NCBI GenBank assembly: GCA_965603825.1
Contig: CBFDEM010000014.1
Coordinates: forward strand, 1 to 64,000
Direction of reading: 5' to 3'
From: Blepharisma stoltei ATCC 30299
Lineage: Eukaryota > Protista > Ciliophora
Length of the DNA stretch: 64,000 bases
Below, piece by piece: positions 47,871 through 60,906 of this stretch (positions are counted from its first letter, which is position 1; every line of letters starts with the position of its first letter). Both the position numbers and the translations under genes were made by a program. The notes beneath the pieces are model-generated. The model saw nothing but the letters and a program-made list of their open reading frames with translations. It was not told the origin of the DNA and did no database searches.

Positions 47871-48992
47871 ATGAACTATCACTATTTAGCTTTGCTAGGA
47901 CTAGCTTTTGCTATTACTTATCCAACACTCCTAACTCTCCACCCTCAAGTCGCTAAATCCACTTTATCTGAGCTCGATTCCACACCCTATGGAAATTTAC
48001 TTCTCAATACTATCGATCTTCAGCTTTCTGCTTCAAAATCTCTATCATCCTCTGAAGACCTCCTCTCCCAAATAGAATCCATGCTAACCTCCTACCTAAA
48101 GACATCAAAAAGCTTATATTCAAAGCATGATGAAATGTGTAAAAGACACTATGATAGCTATTTAGCTATAATTGACAAAGCCCAGGCTAATATTGAGAAT
48201 TCCCAGAAAAGGATAAACGTCATCATTCCACTACTAGGAGACGCTGCTACTTATGTGCCTGAAAAGGAACAAGAAGTTGAGCAGGCTAAACGATGGTCAG
48301 AAACTGCATGGGAAGAAGTCGATAAAGAAAAAATCCGGTTTGCTGAAAGAGAGCATAGCTACGAAATTTCAATTGAAGGCTGCGACAAAGCTCTTGGGCT
48401 GATAGAGACTCTTCAAAGTAACCCTAGTTTTACATTAGGGGAGTCTTCAAAAATTGCAAGCTCCCTCTTGCAAGTCAGCAAAAGTTTCGATGAGAATTCT
48501 AAAGAAGAATTATCACCGCTTATAAAAGTCTTAATAGAGCTTTCAGTTACCCATGAAAATATTTCAAATCCAAACAACCTTGAAAAAATCAGTGAACTTC
48601 TAAAAGACCTAAAAAAGGACTTTGAAGACTCAATGGCATTAAATAAAGAAAATCACGAAAAAGCAATAAAAGGTGCTATTGCTTATGCTGATGAAAAAAG
48701 ATATACTTATCAGAACTTGAATAGGCAAGATAATATTATCCTTGATAACCAAGTAAAGCTCCAACAAGAAATGTACAATGAGCAATTAAAAATTGATGCA
48801 GAAACTCGTACCAGAGAAAACGCTGAAAAAAAGTTGGAATTGTTAGAACAGTGGTGCCAGGCTGAAGACTCAAAGGCAAAACTTCAAGAAAAAAGCATAG
48901 AAAGCGAACTGGAAATTTGTTTGAATTTGAAAGAAATCTCAAGTCAGCTTGAAGCTGATACGACTAATTTTTTAAATAATAGAGTAAGATAA
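47871..48992 (+). CDS. Secreted coiled-coil extrusome matrix protein (trichocyst matrix/granule lattice-like)
   Basis: Signal peptide, YGNLLLNTIDLQL, ~370 aa of acidic heptads with isolated Cys, SLLQV and PLIKVLIEL segments. Confidence 0.7.
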   Translation: MNYHYLALLGLAFAITYPTLLTLHPQVAKSTLSELDSTPYGNLLLNTIDLQLSASKSLSSSEDLLSQIESMLTSYLKTSKSLYSKHDEMCKRHYDSYLAIIDKAQANIENSQKRINVIIPLLGDAATYVPEKEQEVEQAKRWSETAWEEVDKEKIRFAEREHSYEISIEGCDKALGLIETLQSNPSFTLGESSKIASSLLQVSKSFDENSKEELSPLIKVLIELSVTHENISNPNNLEKISELLKDLKKDFEDSMALNKENHEKAIKGAIAYADEKRYTYQNLNRQDNIILDNQVKLQQEMYNEQLKIDAETRTRENAEKKLELLEQWCQAEDSKAKLQEKSIESELEICLNLKEISSQLEADTTNFLNNRVR

Positions 48993-49002
48993 ATTTTAAA
49001 TA

Positions 49003-50022
49003 TTATTGCACACTTTCGACAAGGCGATTATTTTCAAACCTACCAATTTTAGGTTCTCTTCCTTCTCCTGTTACCATCATTCCCCAGCCATGCTGATTTC
49101 CTTCAAGCCAGTCTCCTTTATAAGAAGATCCATCAGTCCAAAACATAAAGCCTTTCCCATGCCTTTTGTCTCTCCGAAACTCTCCTTTATATTGATTCCC
49201 AGAAGACCATGTAAAGCAGCCTCTTCCATCTTTCATGTCATCTTTGAACTCCCCGATATAAAAATGCCCTTGAGGCAGCTTTAGCCTTCCTCTGCCATGC
49301 TTTTTGCCTTCATTGAAATAGCCTTTATAGACGCTTCCGTTTTTATAGTAATAATGTCCATATCCATGAGGTTTTCCATCTTTAAATTCCCCTCTATACT
49401 CATCTCCAGTATCTGCATATTTTTCTACCCCGACCCCATGCTTAATGCAGGCGACCCAGTCTCCTTCATACCAATCTCCATTGCTCCATACATGTTTTCC
49501 CCATCCATGGGCCTTAGAATCTTTCCAATAGCCAATATAATAATCGCCTTTTGAGCTCCTCCATATACCTCTTCCTTCTTTAATCCCACATTTTCAGTCT
49601 CCTTCATATACTTCTCCGTTGGTTCATTTATAAATACCAAATCCTTCTGCTTTTCCATTAACAAAATATCCTTTATAATTATTCCCATTGGCATAATGCT
49701 CGATTCCTCTGCCGTTTCTTAAGTCATTTTTTCATTCCCCAAAGTAATACCTCCCTGATTCATAGTTCATTTTTCCTAATCCATGCCTCTGGTCGCCTAG
49801 AAGGTCTCCTTCATACGTGCTGTCTGTATACTTTTTGCTTGAATTGTGCTCTATTAAAGCTCTTTCTTCAGCTGGTATTTTTTCTATATAACTTGCTACG
49901 AATTCTTCTTCAAATTTATCAAGGGAAGGGAACACAAAGGTGGTCAGGTCTGGCTTGATGCTTTTTATGGATTTTTCTTTATTTTCAAGCTCATTTTCAA
50001 TTGATTGTTCTTCATTAGCCAT
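49003..50022 (-). CDS. MORN-repeat protein; three TGA=Trp
   Basis: About 11 YxGxW/FxxGxxxGxG repeats in one frame; TGA sits at the MORN Trp (YFGE(W), YEGD(W)). Confidence 0.92.
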
Positions 50023-50035
50023 TTTAATTTATTAT

Positions 50036-53000
50036 CTAGTAGAAACTATAAAGAAGCTCTATTGCGGTTCCTATGCTGCAGGAAGACGCTGGCTCTGAAG
50101 ACTCGTCTTTAGCTCCAAAAGTGCTTGTATATTCTGGTAGACTGAACCAGCCTGATTTTTCTATGTATTTTTGGAAATTATTTAAAACTGATAAGACAAG
50201 CTGGCTTTTTTCTGGCATAAAATGCTTGAGGGCTTTTAAGAAGTAGCAAAGTGGCCATATTCATTCAGCTCCATTGTGAACAAAAGTACTTGGATCTGAG
50301 GGTTCTGGGCTATAAAGGGTTTTTATACCGATTTGCCCATCTTCATGTCTGGAAAATAGGTATTTTAGGCCGCTTTTTAAAGCTGCTTTAGCATGCCGCG
50401 GGGTAAAAAGATAAGGGGCTACAGCCATTGCAATGTATTGGTTTGGCCTAAACTGGTATTCTGCTTGCTCAAGCTTGCTACCTACTGTATCTTTATAAAT
50501 CCCTGCAATCCCTACAAGTTCTGGTCTAATATAGTCAGACACAAAGTCTTTTGGGATCCAAAAAAGTTTTTCAAAAGAACTTTTAAGCTTATTTTTCCAC
50601 TCCTCAAAGGTGTATTCAGCACCATTTGCAAGATAAACAGAAAAGAATGGATATTTTCCAGTCTTGCTTAAGCTGTCTAAGAAATCAATAGCGGAATATA
50701 CAAGACCGTTTATTTCTATAGCTGCACCATCTCTAGGGTTTACAGGCTTCCCATCTTTTAGCCTGTCCATCCAAGTCCCTGCATTTCATTCTGAACCTCC
50801 TACAATCAGTCCTGACTCAGCATCTAAGTCAATGGTAACATCAAAACCTTCACTGCTCATAGAAGAATCTAATCCAGGCCCTGCGTTTCATTCTCGGAAT
50901 TTGATCCCACTTGCATGCTTTTGTAAAATTTTTTGAACGATCTCGTAAAGCTTAAATGTGGGGGAGTCTCTGAAAATGGTGTGTTCTTCCCATTTATCAC
51001 TTTTATACTTCATTGTCACATTTTCATTAAAAATTTCATGCCCGTTGGGAGCCATTTTTACATAGTTTTGCAAAGCCTGCAAGAAAAGCCAAGAAACATC
51101 TCTTGCATTGTATCTGCCGGTATTCATGTCTAAAACATTAGGAATAAGTCCATGTCTCATTGCAGAAGCAAAAGTGATTAAAATATATTTGGCTTCATTA
51201 TATCTCCCTAAGCACAATAAAAGTCCTGTTATTGAAATCATGGCTTCTCTTCCTTTCATTCTTGTATTTCCTGCTGAGAAGTTTGGAAGAGAGCTGGCGA
51301 TTGTAGAAAACCCTGCATGTGTGCGTCCAGTTTGGACATCGCCTCAGAATTGGGTAGAAACGACACCTAATAGCTCAGATAGATAAAGATTTTCTCTGCC
51401 TGTGAATAATTTACTATCTTTGAAAATGTTATTGAAAAGGTACAGCTTAATGTTTTTGAATATATAATAAATCAGCTTAAACGTCAAATCTGGGACTATT
51501 TGTTTCGGAAGCTGCCTTATATGGTTTATTTCCACAAATAAATGATGATAAATCGGCAATGCTGAAAGCACCTGTGCAAGCCTAGAAAGTGCATGCTCAA
51601 TATACCACGTCCCATCTTTAAAATGGCTTCAAATCACATTTTTCTCATTCTCATTCCCATATAGCAAATATTTAATCACACTTCCAAGCCCAGCATAATT
51701 TAATGCTGGAATCCCTTGAATCTGATATAACCCTCCTTGCCTTTTATTATCAAATTCTTCCCTGACACATTTCCACAAAAGGACATTTATTTGGTCCACC
51801 CACAGTCCTTCAAGAATATCCTGACAAGCTCCATAATCCCTCAATTTTTCAAAAAATCGCTCAAGGACTATAACACTCAGTTCTTCTTGCACCCTGGTTT
51901 TTAATAGCACGACAAATCCTGGTGGGATGTTAATTAAATCAAGCTGGTCTTCTTGGCTGATTTTTCTTACTGTGCAGTGGGTGTTAAAATTGATGATTTC
52001 GCATTTTCCGAGTAAACCGTTGATGATTTTTGGGTCTTCTTTATAGGTAGAAGGCTCTAAGCCTAGCTTGCAGACGAGCTCAATACGGTCAATGACCCCT
52101 GGCAGCTTAATCCCTGTGACTGTCGTATTACGCTTGTTGTGCCAAAATGAAGACCGTACTATCATGGTATAGGATTGAAAAGTGACTGGATTTTGACGGA
52201 CTATTACAGTGACATCTTCAGGGTAATTGTATATATACTGGGTGCTGTAGTCTTCTTGGTCTAGTAGCTTGTGCAGATCGTTAAAGATTTTCCTGACTGG
52301 CCGGATGTTTCTGAAGGTTCCAGGGCTGGAGAAAAGCCTTCTTTCTATTTTAAATTGGTTGTTTACGTGTCCTTCCCAAGATTTTATATATCTTTGTGAT
52401 TGGTCACAAATCCATTGGGTGTTGTCTACAATAAACTTGTAGCAGTACTCTTTGCCTTCGAGAATTTCATCGAAAACTAAAAATACTGCGTATTTGCCAG
52501 GAGAAATTTCTCCGAGTTGAACATTTTGGTTCCATCCATCCCAATCTCCTCTGATTTCAACTTTTTTCCCTGGAGTTGTGGTAAATTGAATAAGCACTTT
52601 TATGCCGCTGCTTCCAGTCATCAGATACTCAGGGACTTCTATTATGGAATCGTCATTATGGGTCGAATAAAATCTTCTCTCAAATACAACAGAAATTTGA
52701 CGAGGAATCAAATCATCATATCCCCAAGTAGATCCTATAGCAGAATTTGTCATAGAAATCAATCCAGCATTCGGTAATGAATCTTCAGCAGTTCTTGACT
52801 GCGCTGGTGTAGAATTATCATGACTAAAATCATACAATAAATTATAATTCGGCACTGGCTTCAGCTGATTTTCTTCAAAAACATTAATTTTGGCTGTTTC
52901 TGCACAAAAATTCAATAGCTCAGGGTACTTATAAGGGCTGTCTATCTGCATAGACTCTCTTATCAGCAAATTAATCCCAGCTTGTTCTACATACAAAGAG

Positions 53001-54649
53001 TCAACTTTTGGGTCATTTGTAAACAGCTCAGCCATCACAATTAAATCAGGATTTATCTCTCTTGCTTTCTTCATCAAATGGCATGTCACCTGCAGCTGCG
53101 TCCCATGCGCATTATCCAGCCTGAACCCTTTAAATATTTTTGCCATTCCCATGACATAATTTTCCATTCTTTCCCACAAAGCAGGGGAATCTACTTTAGA
53201 ATTTCCATATCTGAGCTTTACACAGTCATTCCAGCCCATTACGTCTCTTCTGAAATAATGCCAACCTTCTTTTGCAGCTATGTCTTTCAGTGTGTCACTG
53301 TTATTGATAATAAAACCATTGCAGACACATTTTTCTCCATTTTGAAGCTCGACAAAGTATTTTTTTACCAATGCGTTTGTGGGACTGATTTCAGTGTTTC
53401 TTAAGATAAGCTTAAGCTGCCTTATTTCGCACTCGATGCTTATTAGAGCGTCTTCAATGTTTTTGCGGCAGTCTGAGAGGAGGCCAGAATTTATGGCTTG
53501 GAGGGCTTTGTTGACGTCTTTTATTACTTTTTCTGATTCAAGGCCCAGGGATTTTGCAGCTTTTCAAATAATTTCTGGGTTTATACTTACAGAAAACCTC
53601 CCTTCTCCTTCTCCAAAAAGTGCGTTTTCTTTAATAAATTTTTTAAATCCTTTATTCTTCAGCTTATCTCCTAAGCTTGACTCCCCTTCACACTCATTTT
53701 CTGTGAAATTCCTCATAGTATCTTTTATTTTCATTTGAAAATACTCTTCTAAATGCAAGCTAGGTATTATATTTTCTCTTAAAATTCTCATGATTTCTCC
53801 TAAATCATCTTCGTTTTCAATAATTTTTCCTTTTCTATATAGCATTTTATCATCATTTGCTAAAGAGTCTGAAAAAGTCTTAATTGCACTATCAAGGGTA
53901 TATGCAGCATTCAAATAAGGACAATTCGTCAAATTATAAGTAGACTCCGGGCTGCTTTCAAGAAAAGGACTAGACCCTGCACAGTGGTTTAATACAATAT
54001 CGACCATGAATCCAGCCCCATATTTTTGTTCAAAAAGATTAATCATATTCTCCAACAGCTTAAACCTTTCTTCGTCCTATATACATTTTACACTTGGAGC
54101 TACAAATAAGCTTGGGTTTAATTTGAGAAAATCATTAATACAGTATAAGCTTTGGGTTCTTCCTAACTCTTGTATAGGTGTAAGGTGGAACATGTTGAAA
54201 CCAATATCTGTTTGTTCCTTTATTATGGATTCCCATCTTTGTATTGGTCCTAAACACCTAGAAAGCAGAGTCTGCAGCGTGATTTGCTTTAGAGAAAAAT
54301 TCTCATATCTTATCTTGAACTCTGGGTCTACTAAAATCCAGTTAAATTTCCCAATAACTATGTAATTTTTACTTGTTTTTTCTGAATTTGGCTCAGTATA
54401 TTCAATCCAAACTTTGGTGCATCCTGCATTATTGAACGTAAAAACCGCTGTCCAATCTCCTAGCAAAGACTGGGTTGCTTTAATTTTTTGGTCTTCAATA
54501 CACACAGATAATTTTGAAGCATTGATGCTGCAAGCCTCAATTTTAAATTGTAGGGACGCACCCTTTGGAATCCTATAAGAACTTCCTGGCTGAGGATAAG
54601 GTAAAAATAGTCCTGTACGTCCTTCGATAGTAATGATAGAGTTTACCAT
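50036..54649 (-). CDS. AGL: Glycogen debranching enzyme (glucanotransferase/amylo-1,6-glucosidase); intron 54077-54091; six TGA=Trp
   Basis: LQTLLSRCLGP, FHLTPIQELG, DIVLNH, RLDNAH, AELFT, SHDN, RHGLIPN, YNARD, GTWMD, PRDGAAIEI, RPNQ, HNGAE(W), LPE. Confidence 0.95.
54077..54091 (-). other. 15-nt intron GTAAAATGTATATAG
   Basis: Removes an in-frame TAG between two debranching-enzyme ORFs. Confidence 0.9.
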
Positions 54650-54751
54650 AAATGCGTCAGGATATTATTATATTCAATTTTACTATGCTTTTCAATAGAA
54701 ATTCTGTATATTTTGGTCAGAAATATTACTAGCCTGCCTTGCTATATATAA

Positions 54752-55090
54752 ATGAAAGCTAGAAAATATTTTCGAGAAGCCTACGAAAAAGGAGAAATTG
54801 TGATGGAGGATGGACTAATAGAAAAAAGATATGAAAGCATAGACAAGCCTATCACAATTTTCAAGATTATGTATGTTGTCCCTTCTCTAGTGCTAAGTCT
54901 ATATTTGGGATGGAAAGCTAAGAAGAAAAAAGGCTGGCTTGAAGGGATTTATACCACTGTGGTGTCTCTCACTGGGTTTGCATTATTGCTTCAAATTATT
55001 CCATGGGTTGTGGAGCATGAAAACTTGACGAAAGAAATCATGAAAAAATATGAAAAACAGTGAATGCCAAAGCCTAGAACCTATAAGTAA
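54752..55090 (+). CDS. Small two-TM hypothetical protein (TGA at 55061 = Trp; stop TAA 55088-55090)
   Basis: TATATAAATG start; two hydrophobic segments. Confidence 0.7.
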
Positions 55091-55145
55091 CAAATAAGTG
55101 AGGGAAAACTTTTAGAATTATTAAAAACTTTATTTAGCATATTAT

Positions 55146-58100
55146 TTAATTTAAAATGGCCTGTAGATTATTCTTTACCTTTTCAGCCTCTTCATATAGC
55201 TTCTCTGCTTCTTGGTTCTTGCCTAATTGTTCGAAACATAGTGCTGCATTTTTATAATGACTCTCATTATAAGGATAAATTCTTATGGCTTCAGTATAAT
55301 ATTTTATAGCTCTTTTATATTTCTTTTGGCCATATAAAATCAGCCCTATACTACTGTATGCTGCATCTTCATTTGGATTTATCCTTATCTCTTCTTTTAA
55401 GCATCTAATAGCTGCCTTGATTTCTCCTAGATTAATTAGAGCGCGTGCTTTATTTTTGTAATAAACCGTCTGATTTGGATTGATTCTAATTGCCTCATCA
55501 AAATATTTTATTGCTTTTTCATATTTCTTCTGATCAAGCAGTAAATGTCCTATATTATTGTATGATTGATCATTGTTTGGAGATATTCTAATATATTTTT
55601 TATAGCTTTTTATAGCTTCTTTAGTTCTACCTAATTTTCCAAGCGCATCTCCGTATAATCCATGGCATTGAGTTTCCTCTGGATTGATTCTAATTGCCTC
55701 ATTTCAGTATTCAATTGCTTCTTCATATTTATGCTCAGTAAATAATATAATCCCTATGTAAGAGCATGCGTTCTCGTTGTCTGGATCAAACTTGACAGCT
55801 TCTTTGCAGCATTCCATAGCTTCTTCATTTTTCCCTAATCTTAAAAACGCTAATCCCTTGTTTTCAAAATAATGAGCATAAAGCTTATCCTTATTGTTTA
55901 TATTAATTTTAATTGCTTCATCATAGCATTCAATTGCTTCTTCATATATGTCTTCAGTTAAAAATAAATACCCTAAAATACCATAAGCATTATCATTAAT
56001 TGAAAAATGCTGAATCAATTTATCACAGCATGCCAGAGCTTCCTCTTTTTGGCCTAATATTAATAGAGCTTTTACTTTATTTTCATAAAAATCTGAGCAA
56101 TTTGGATTAAGTCTAATTGCATCGCTAAAATACTGCACTGATTCTTCATATTTCGATAATTCAAGTAATATATTTCCAATCGCATTATACCCAGCAGAAT
56201 CGTTTGGATCAATCCGGATAATTTCTTTAAAGCAATTCAAGCCTTCTTCTTTTCTATCTAGATACATAAGAGCACTTGATTTGAATAAATAATAAGATTT
56301 TTGATCTGGGTTAATTCTAATTGCTTTATTAAAATACTTTATTGCTTTTTTGTATTTCTCTTCACTTGATAGGATAATTCCTATCTTAAAATGCGCAACC
56401 TCTTCATCTGGATTAAGTTTTATAGCTTTTTTATAGCAGATAATAGCCCGTTTATTTTTTTCTAATTTTTCCTGAGCACCTCCTTTGTTTATATAATAAT
56501 TTGATTTATTAGGATCAATTCTGATTGCGTTATTAAAATATTTTATTGCTTCTTTGTATCTATTTCCTCTATACAAAACGCATCCCATCCTATTGTACAA
56601 GACATCATTATTTGAATCGTTTTTTAGCATTTCATTGTATATTTCTATTACTTCATCATGTCTTTTTTCTTCTAATAGCACTCCTATTCAATTTCATGCC
56701 ATATCATTTGGACTAATTATAACAGCTTTTTTAAAGTTTTCCGTGGCTTCTGCTTTTTTGCCAAGGGTATTAAGAACATATCCTTTATTTCAGTAGTAGC
56801 CTGCATTATCTGGATTAATTCTAATTGCACCACTAAAATATTCAATAGCTTCTTCATATTTATTTTCTTGAGCCAGCAGTTCACCTATTCTATTATATGC
56901 TCTGTCTTCATTTGGATATATTCTGATAACTTCTTTAAAGAATCCTATTCCTTCGTCTTTTCTTCCCAAGCTATAAAGAGTGTGTCCTTTATTTGCAAAA
57001 TAAGTAGCATTTTCTGGATTAATTCTAATTGCATCATTAAAATATTCTATAGCTTCTTCATATTTTTCTTGTAACAATAAAGCTTCTCCTATTACATTGT
57101 ATAATCTGTCTTCGTTTGGATCAGCTTTAATACCGGATTTTCAGCACTCTATAGCCTCTTCATATTTATTTACTTTAAAAAGCGCGTTGCCTTTCAACAG
57201 GTAATAGATTGCTTTGCTTGGATTAATTCTAATTGCTTCATTTCAATTTTTTATTGCTTCTTCATGTTGACCACAATAAAATAATGCTACTCCTAAATCA
57301 CAGTAAATATTATCATCATTTGGATAAAGTTCAAGGATTTTATTGTGGCATTCTAGGGCTTCTTCATTTTGGCCTAATGACATTAGAGCTGTTGCTTTAT
57401 TTATATAAAAAGCAGTGATTTTTGGGTCAATTTTAATTGCTTCATTAAAATAGTGTATTGATTCTTCATATTGGCCTTTACTAAGTAAAATAGATCCTAT
57501 TGTGTTATATGCTGTATCGTCATTCGGATTAATTTTAACCACTTCTTTGTAGCAATCCAAAACCTTTTCATGTTTTCCTAGACCAGCAAGAGCATTTGCT
57601 TTTAATATGTAGTAAGCAGGGTCATTTGGGTTATTTCTTATTGCTTTAATAAAATATTTTAATGCTTCTTTGTAATTCTCTTCATTCATTAGCAAATTTC
57701 CTATGCAAAATAATGCAGGGTCAAAACTTGGATTAATTTTTATAGCTTTTTTATAGTATCTGATAGCCTTTTTTTCCTTTCCTAATTTTTCGAGAGCATA
57801 CCCTTTGTTTATATAATAATTTTCATCATTTGGATCAATTCTAATTGCATCATTAATATACTTAAGCGACTCTCGATATCTACTTTCTTTAAGCAAAATA
57901 CATCCTACCCTATTATATATAATCGCAGCTTTTGGGTCATTTCTTATAGCTTCATTAAAGCATTCTATAGCTTCCTCTTTTCTTTCTAAAGAATTAAGAG
58001 CGTTTCCTTTATTTCAATGATAGGGTGCGTGGTTTGGATTAATTCTAATTGCACTGTCAAAATTATCGACTGCTTCTGCAATTTTACCTTGTTCGAGTAA

Positions 58101-60044
58101 TAAGATTCCTATATTGTTATACGCCTTATGCTCATTTGGGTTGATCCCAATAACTTCTTTATAGCATTCAATTGCTTCTTCATTTCTGCCTAATTTTCAC
58201 AGAGCTTTTGCTTTTTTTCTGTAATAATCTCTGCAATTTGGATACAATCTAATTGCGTCATTATAGCAATTTATTGCTGCTTCATAATTTCCTTCATAAT
58301 ATAGCGTATTTCCAGTATAGAGATATGCGAAATCACTATTTGGGTCAAGTCTTATCGATTCATCATAACATTTAGAAGCTTCTGCTCTTCTATTTAACAT
58401 TAAAAGGGTGGTTCCCTTATTTGTATAAGATCACGCGCAGTTTGGATTAATATTAATTGCATCATTAAAATATATGAGCGCTTCTTCATATTTGCCTTCA
58501 TTTTGAAATACTAATCCTAGCAGGTTGTATAATCCATATTCATTTGGATCAATTTTTATAGCTTCTTTGTAGCATTCTACAGCTTCTTCTTTTTTACCCA
58601 ATTTTAAAAGCGCATTTGCTTTCTTTCTGTAGTAAGATGTGTTTCTTGGGTTGATCATAATTGCTATATTAAAAAAATGTATTGCATCTTCGTATTTAGC
58701 TACTTCAATTAGTACAATTCCAAGGCGGACATATGCTAACTCGTAACTTGGATTAAGTCTTAGAGCTTCATTGTAGCATCCAACGGCTTCTTCTATTTTG
58801 CCTAGCATATCCAAAGCATCTCCTTTACTTAAATGATAATTTGGCAATCTTGGATTAATCCTAATCGCGTCGTTAAAATATTTTATTGATTCTTCAAATC
58901 TGCCTTCATTTAATAAGGTAGCTCCTATACTATTATATCCCCTATCTTCATTTGGATTGACCCTCACAGCTTCGCCATAGCATTCTAAAGCTTCTTCTAT
59001 TCTTTTTAACTTACTAAGCGCATCTCCTTTATTTATATAAAAAAGAGCAAAATCTGGATTAATCCTAACTGCGTCGTTAAAGCTCTTTATCGCGTCTTCA
59101 AATCTCCCTTCAAAATACAGCACATATCCTATAAAATTAATAGCTAAATCGTCATCTGGGTCAATTCTAATAGCAGCATTAAAGCAATCCATGGCTTCTT
59201 CCCTTCTTTTCAGCTTGCAAAGAGCATCTCCTTTGCTTCTATGATAAATTCCACAGTTCGGATCAACTCTGATTGCGTCGTTAAAATATTGTACAGCTTC
59301 TTCATACCTGTTTTCATTATATAAAATATTTCCTATTTCATTATAAGCGGTGCCATTATTAGGATTTGCTTTGATTGCTTGCATATTTCTATAGTATTTT
59401 AGGCATTGGGATTCATTTGTCAGCATTTCTTCATGATACTCTGATGGGATTTTTATTTTTAAGTCGATAGCTTTTTCAAAGGCTAAGTCGTTAATTAAAA
59501 TGTCATTTATTGTAGGTCTCTCAGATTTGTCTTTTTTTAAGCACCAATTGAGAAGGTCGATCAGGTCGTCTGAATATGGGTTTCTGATGGAATTGTGGGG
59601 CTCGTTGATTATTTTGCTTTTATCTTTATTGAAAGGATGCTCCAACTGACAAAGGTAATATAAGACACAACCAAGGGCCCATATGTCACTTTCGTCTGAT
59701 GTAGGCTCGCCATTAAATATTTCAGGAGAGCTGTATTCATTGGCTTCGCTTTGGGAAGCGTCTGAGATTGCTAGTTTTGCATCGTTGTATTCGTCAATAA
59801 AAATATTTTCAGGCCTTACGTCTTCGTGAATTATGTTATTGAAGTGTATGCATTCGAGTCCAAAAGATATTTGAAGGAAATATTTTCATATTTCGGCTTC
59901 GTCGAATGGCTGGCCTTTTCTATCAATTATTTTCTGGAAAAGACTATGGTATTCGCAGCCGTCAGCAATTATTCAGCCATTGCTGTTGTATTGAGCTTGA
60001 TTGTTTAAGTAGAGAAGGTAAGGACTATTGACTTCTGACGCCAT
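55146..60044 (-). CDS. NEK-like pseudokinase + ~40 TPR repeats (~1632 aa; 11 TGA=Trp)
   Basis: All TPR ORFs share one frame, broken only by TGA. The N-terminus has kinase C-lobe motifs (IIHEDVRPENIF, YSSPE, SDIWALGC, ERPT). Confidence 0.88.
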
Positions 60045-60360
60045 TTTATTGTTTGTAGACTTAGATTGATATAATAATTTGTTCAGGATATAGCATTACC
60101 ATTTTAATTCTCAAAAATTTAATGTTTCACCCTTTACAAAAATTTTATATAATAAAAAATCCATTTTAAAACTCTAAGTCAGGAGGTATATTGAACAATA
60201 TAAATAGGAAATTTTGATTTAGATTTATAATGCAACGGCCGCATAATATTTCTTCTTTCCTTTTTTGGCTGCATGTGAAAGTCTAATCATTTTGCCTGAG
60301 AAATCTTTTTTAACTAAAAATAATAAAATTACTCAATATAGAATAAAAATGATCTGTCTT

Positions 60361-60906
60361 TTAATTAAGTCTGCCTAAACTAATTAGCTGTTGAAGTGCT
60401 GCCATGCTATCTGGGCAGAATTTTTCATTGTTTTGAAACCTTTCTAAAATTTCTGAAATGCTCATCATGTGAAGCGACTCAACTTCATCAGCTTGCAGAC
60501 TAACAGGTCCATTCCACTCTGCAAGATAAATTGATCCCCATACATTATTTTCTGCATTCTTATAATGGAACCAGTCAACAAATTCAATGTCAATCCCAGT
60601 AATACCAAGTTCTTCTTCAAGCTCTCTGAGTGCAGCTTCTTTATCATTTAAATCTGATGCCAAAACACACCCACCTGTAGTAGGGTCGAAGTACCCAGGG
60701 TAAACATCTTTTGTTAAAACTCGCTTCTGGACGTGCAAAAGCCCTTCTGAATTTTTTATAAAAATAAAGCTTGCCCTATGGGCAAGCTTCAGCTTTCTCA
60801 TATCTTTACGAATAGCTTCTCCGATTGGGCGATTTTCTTCGTCAACTATTAATACGATTTCTTCTGGGTGGTTTCCTAAATTAGTATTTTCTTCATAATT
60901 CATCAT
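60361..60906 (-). CDS. Nudix hydrolase (IDI/YfcD-like)
   Basis: HRASFIFI, QKRVLTKDVYPGYFD, GGCV..AALRELEEELGI Nudix box. Confidence 0.9.
   Translation of the reverse strand: MMNYEENTNLGNHPEEIVLIVDEENRPIGEAIRKDMRKLKLAHRASFIFIKNSEGLLHVQKRVLTKDVYPGYFDPTTGGCVLASDLNDKEAALRELEEELGITGIDIEFVDWFHYKNAENNVWGSIYLAEWNGPVSLQADEVESLHMMSISEILERFQNNEKFCPDSMAALQQLISLGRLN

Noticed and set aside
49413-49428. GTAGAAAAATATGCAG as a 16-nt intron in the MORN gene
   Set aside because: The MORN frame is continuous without splicing; removal would frameshift it.
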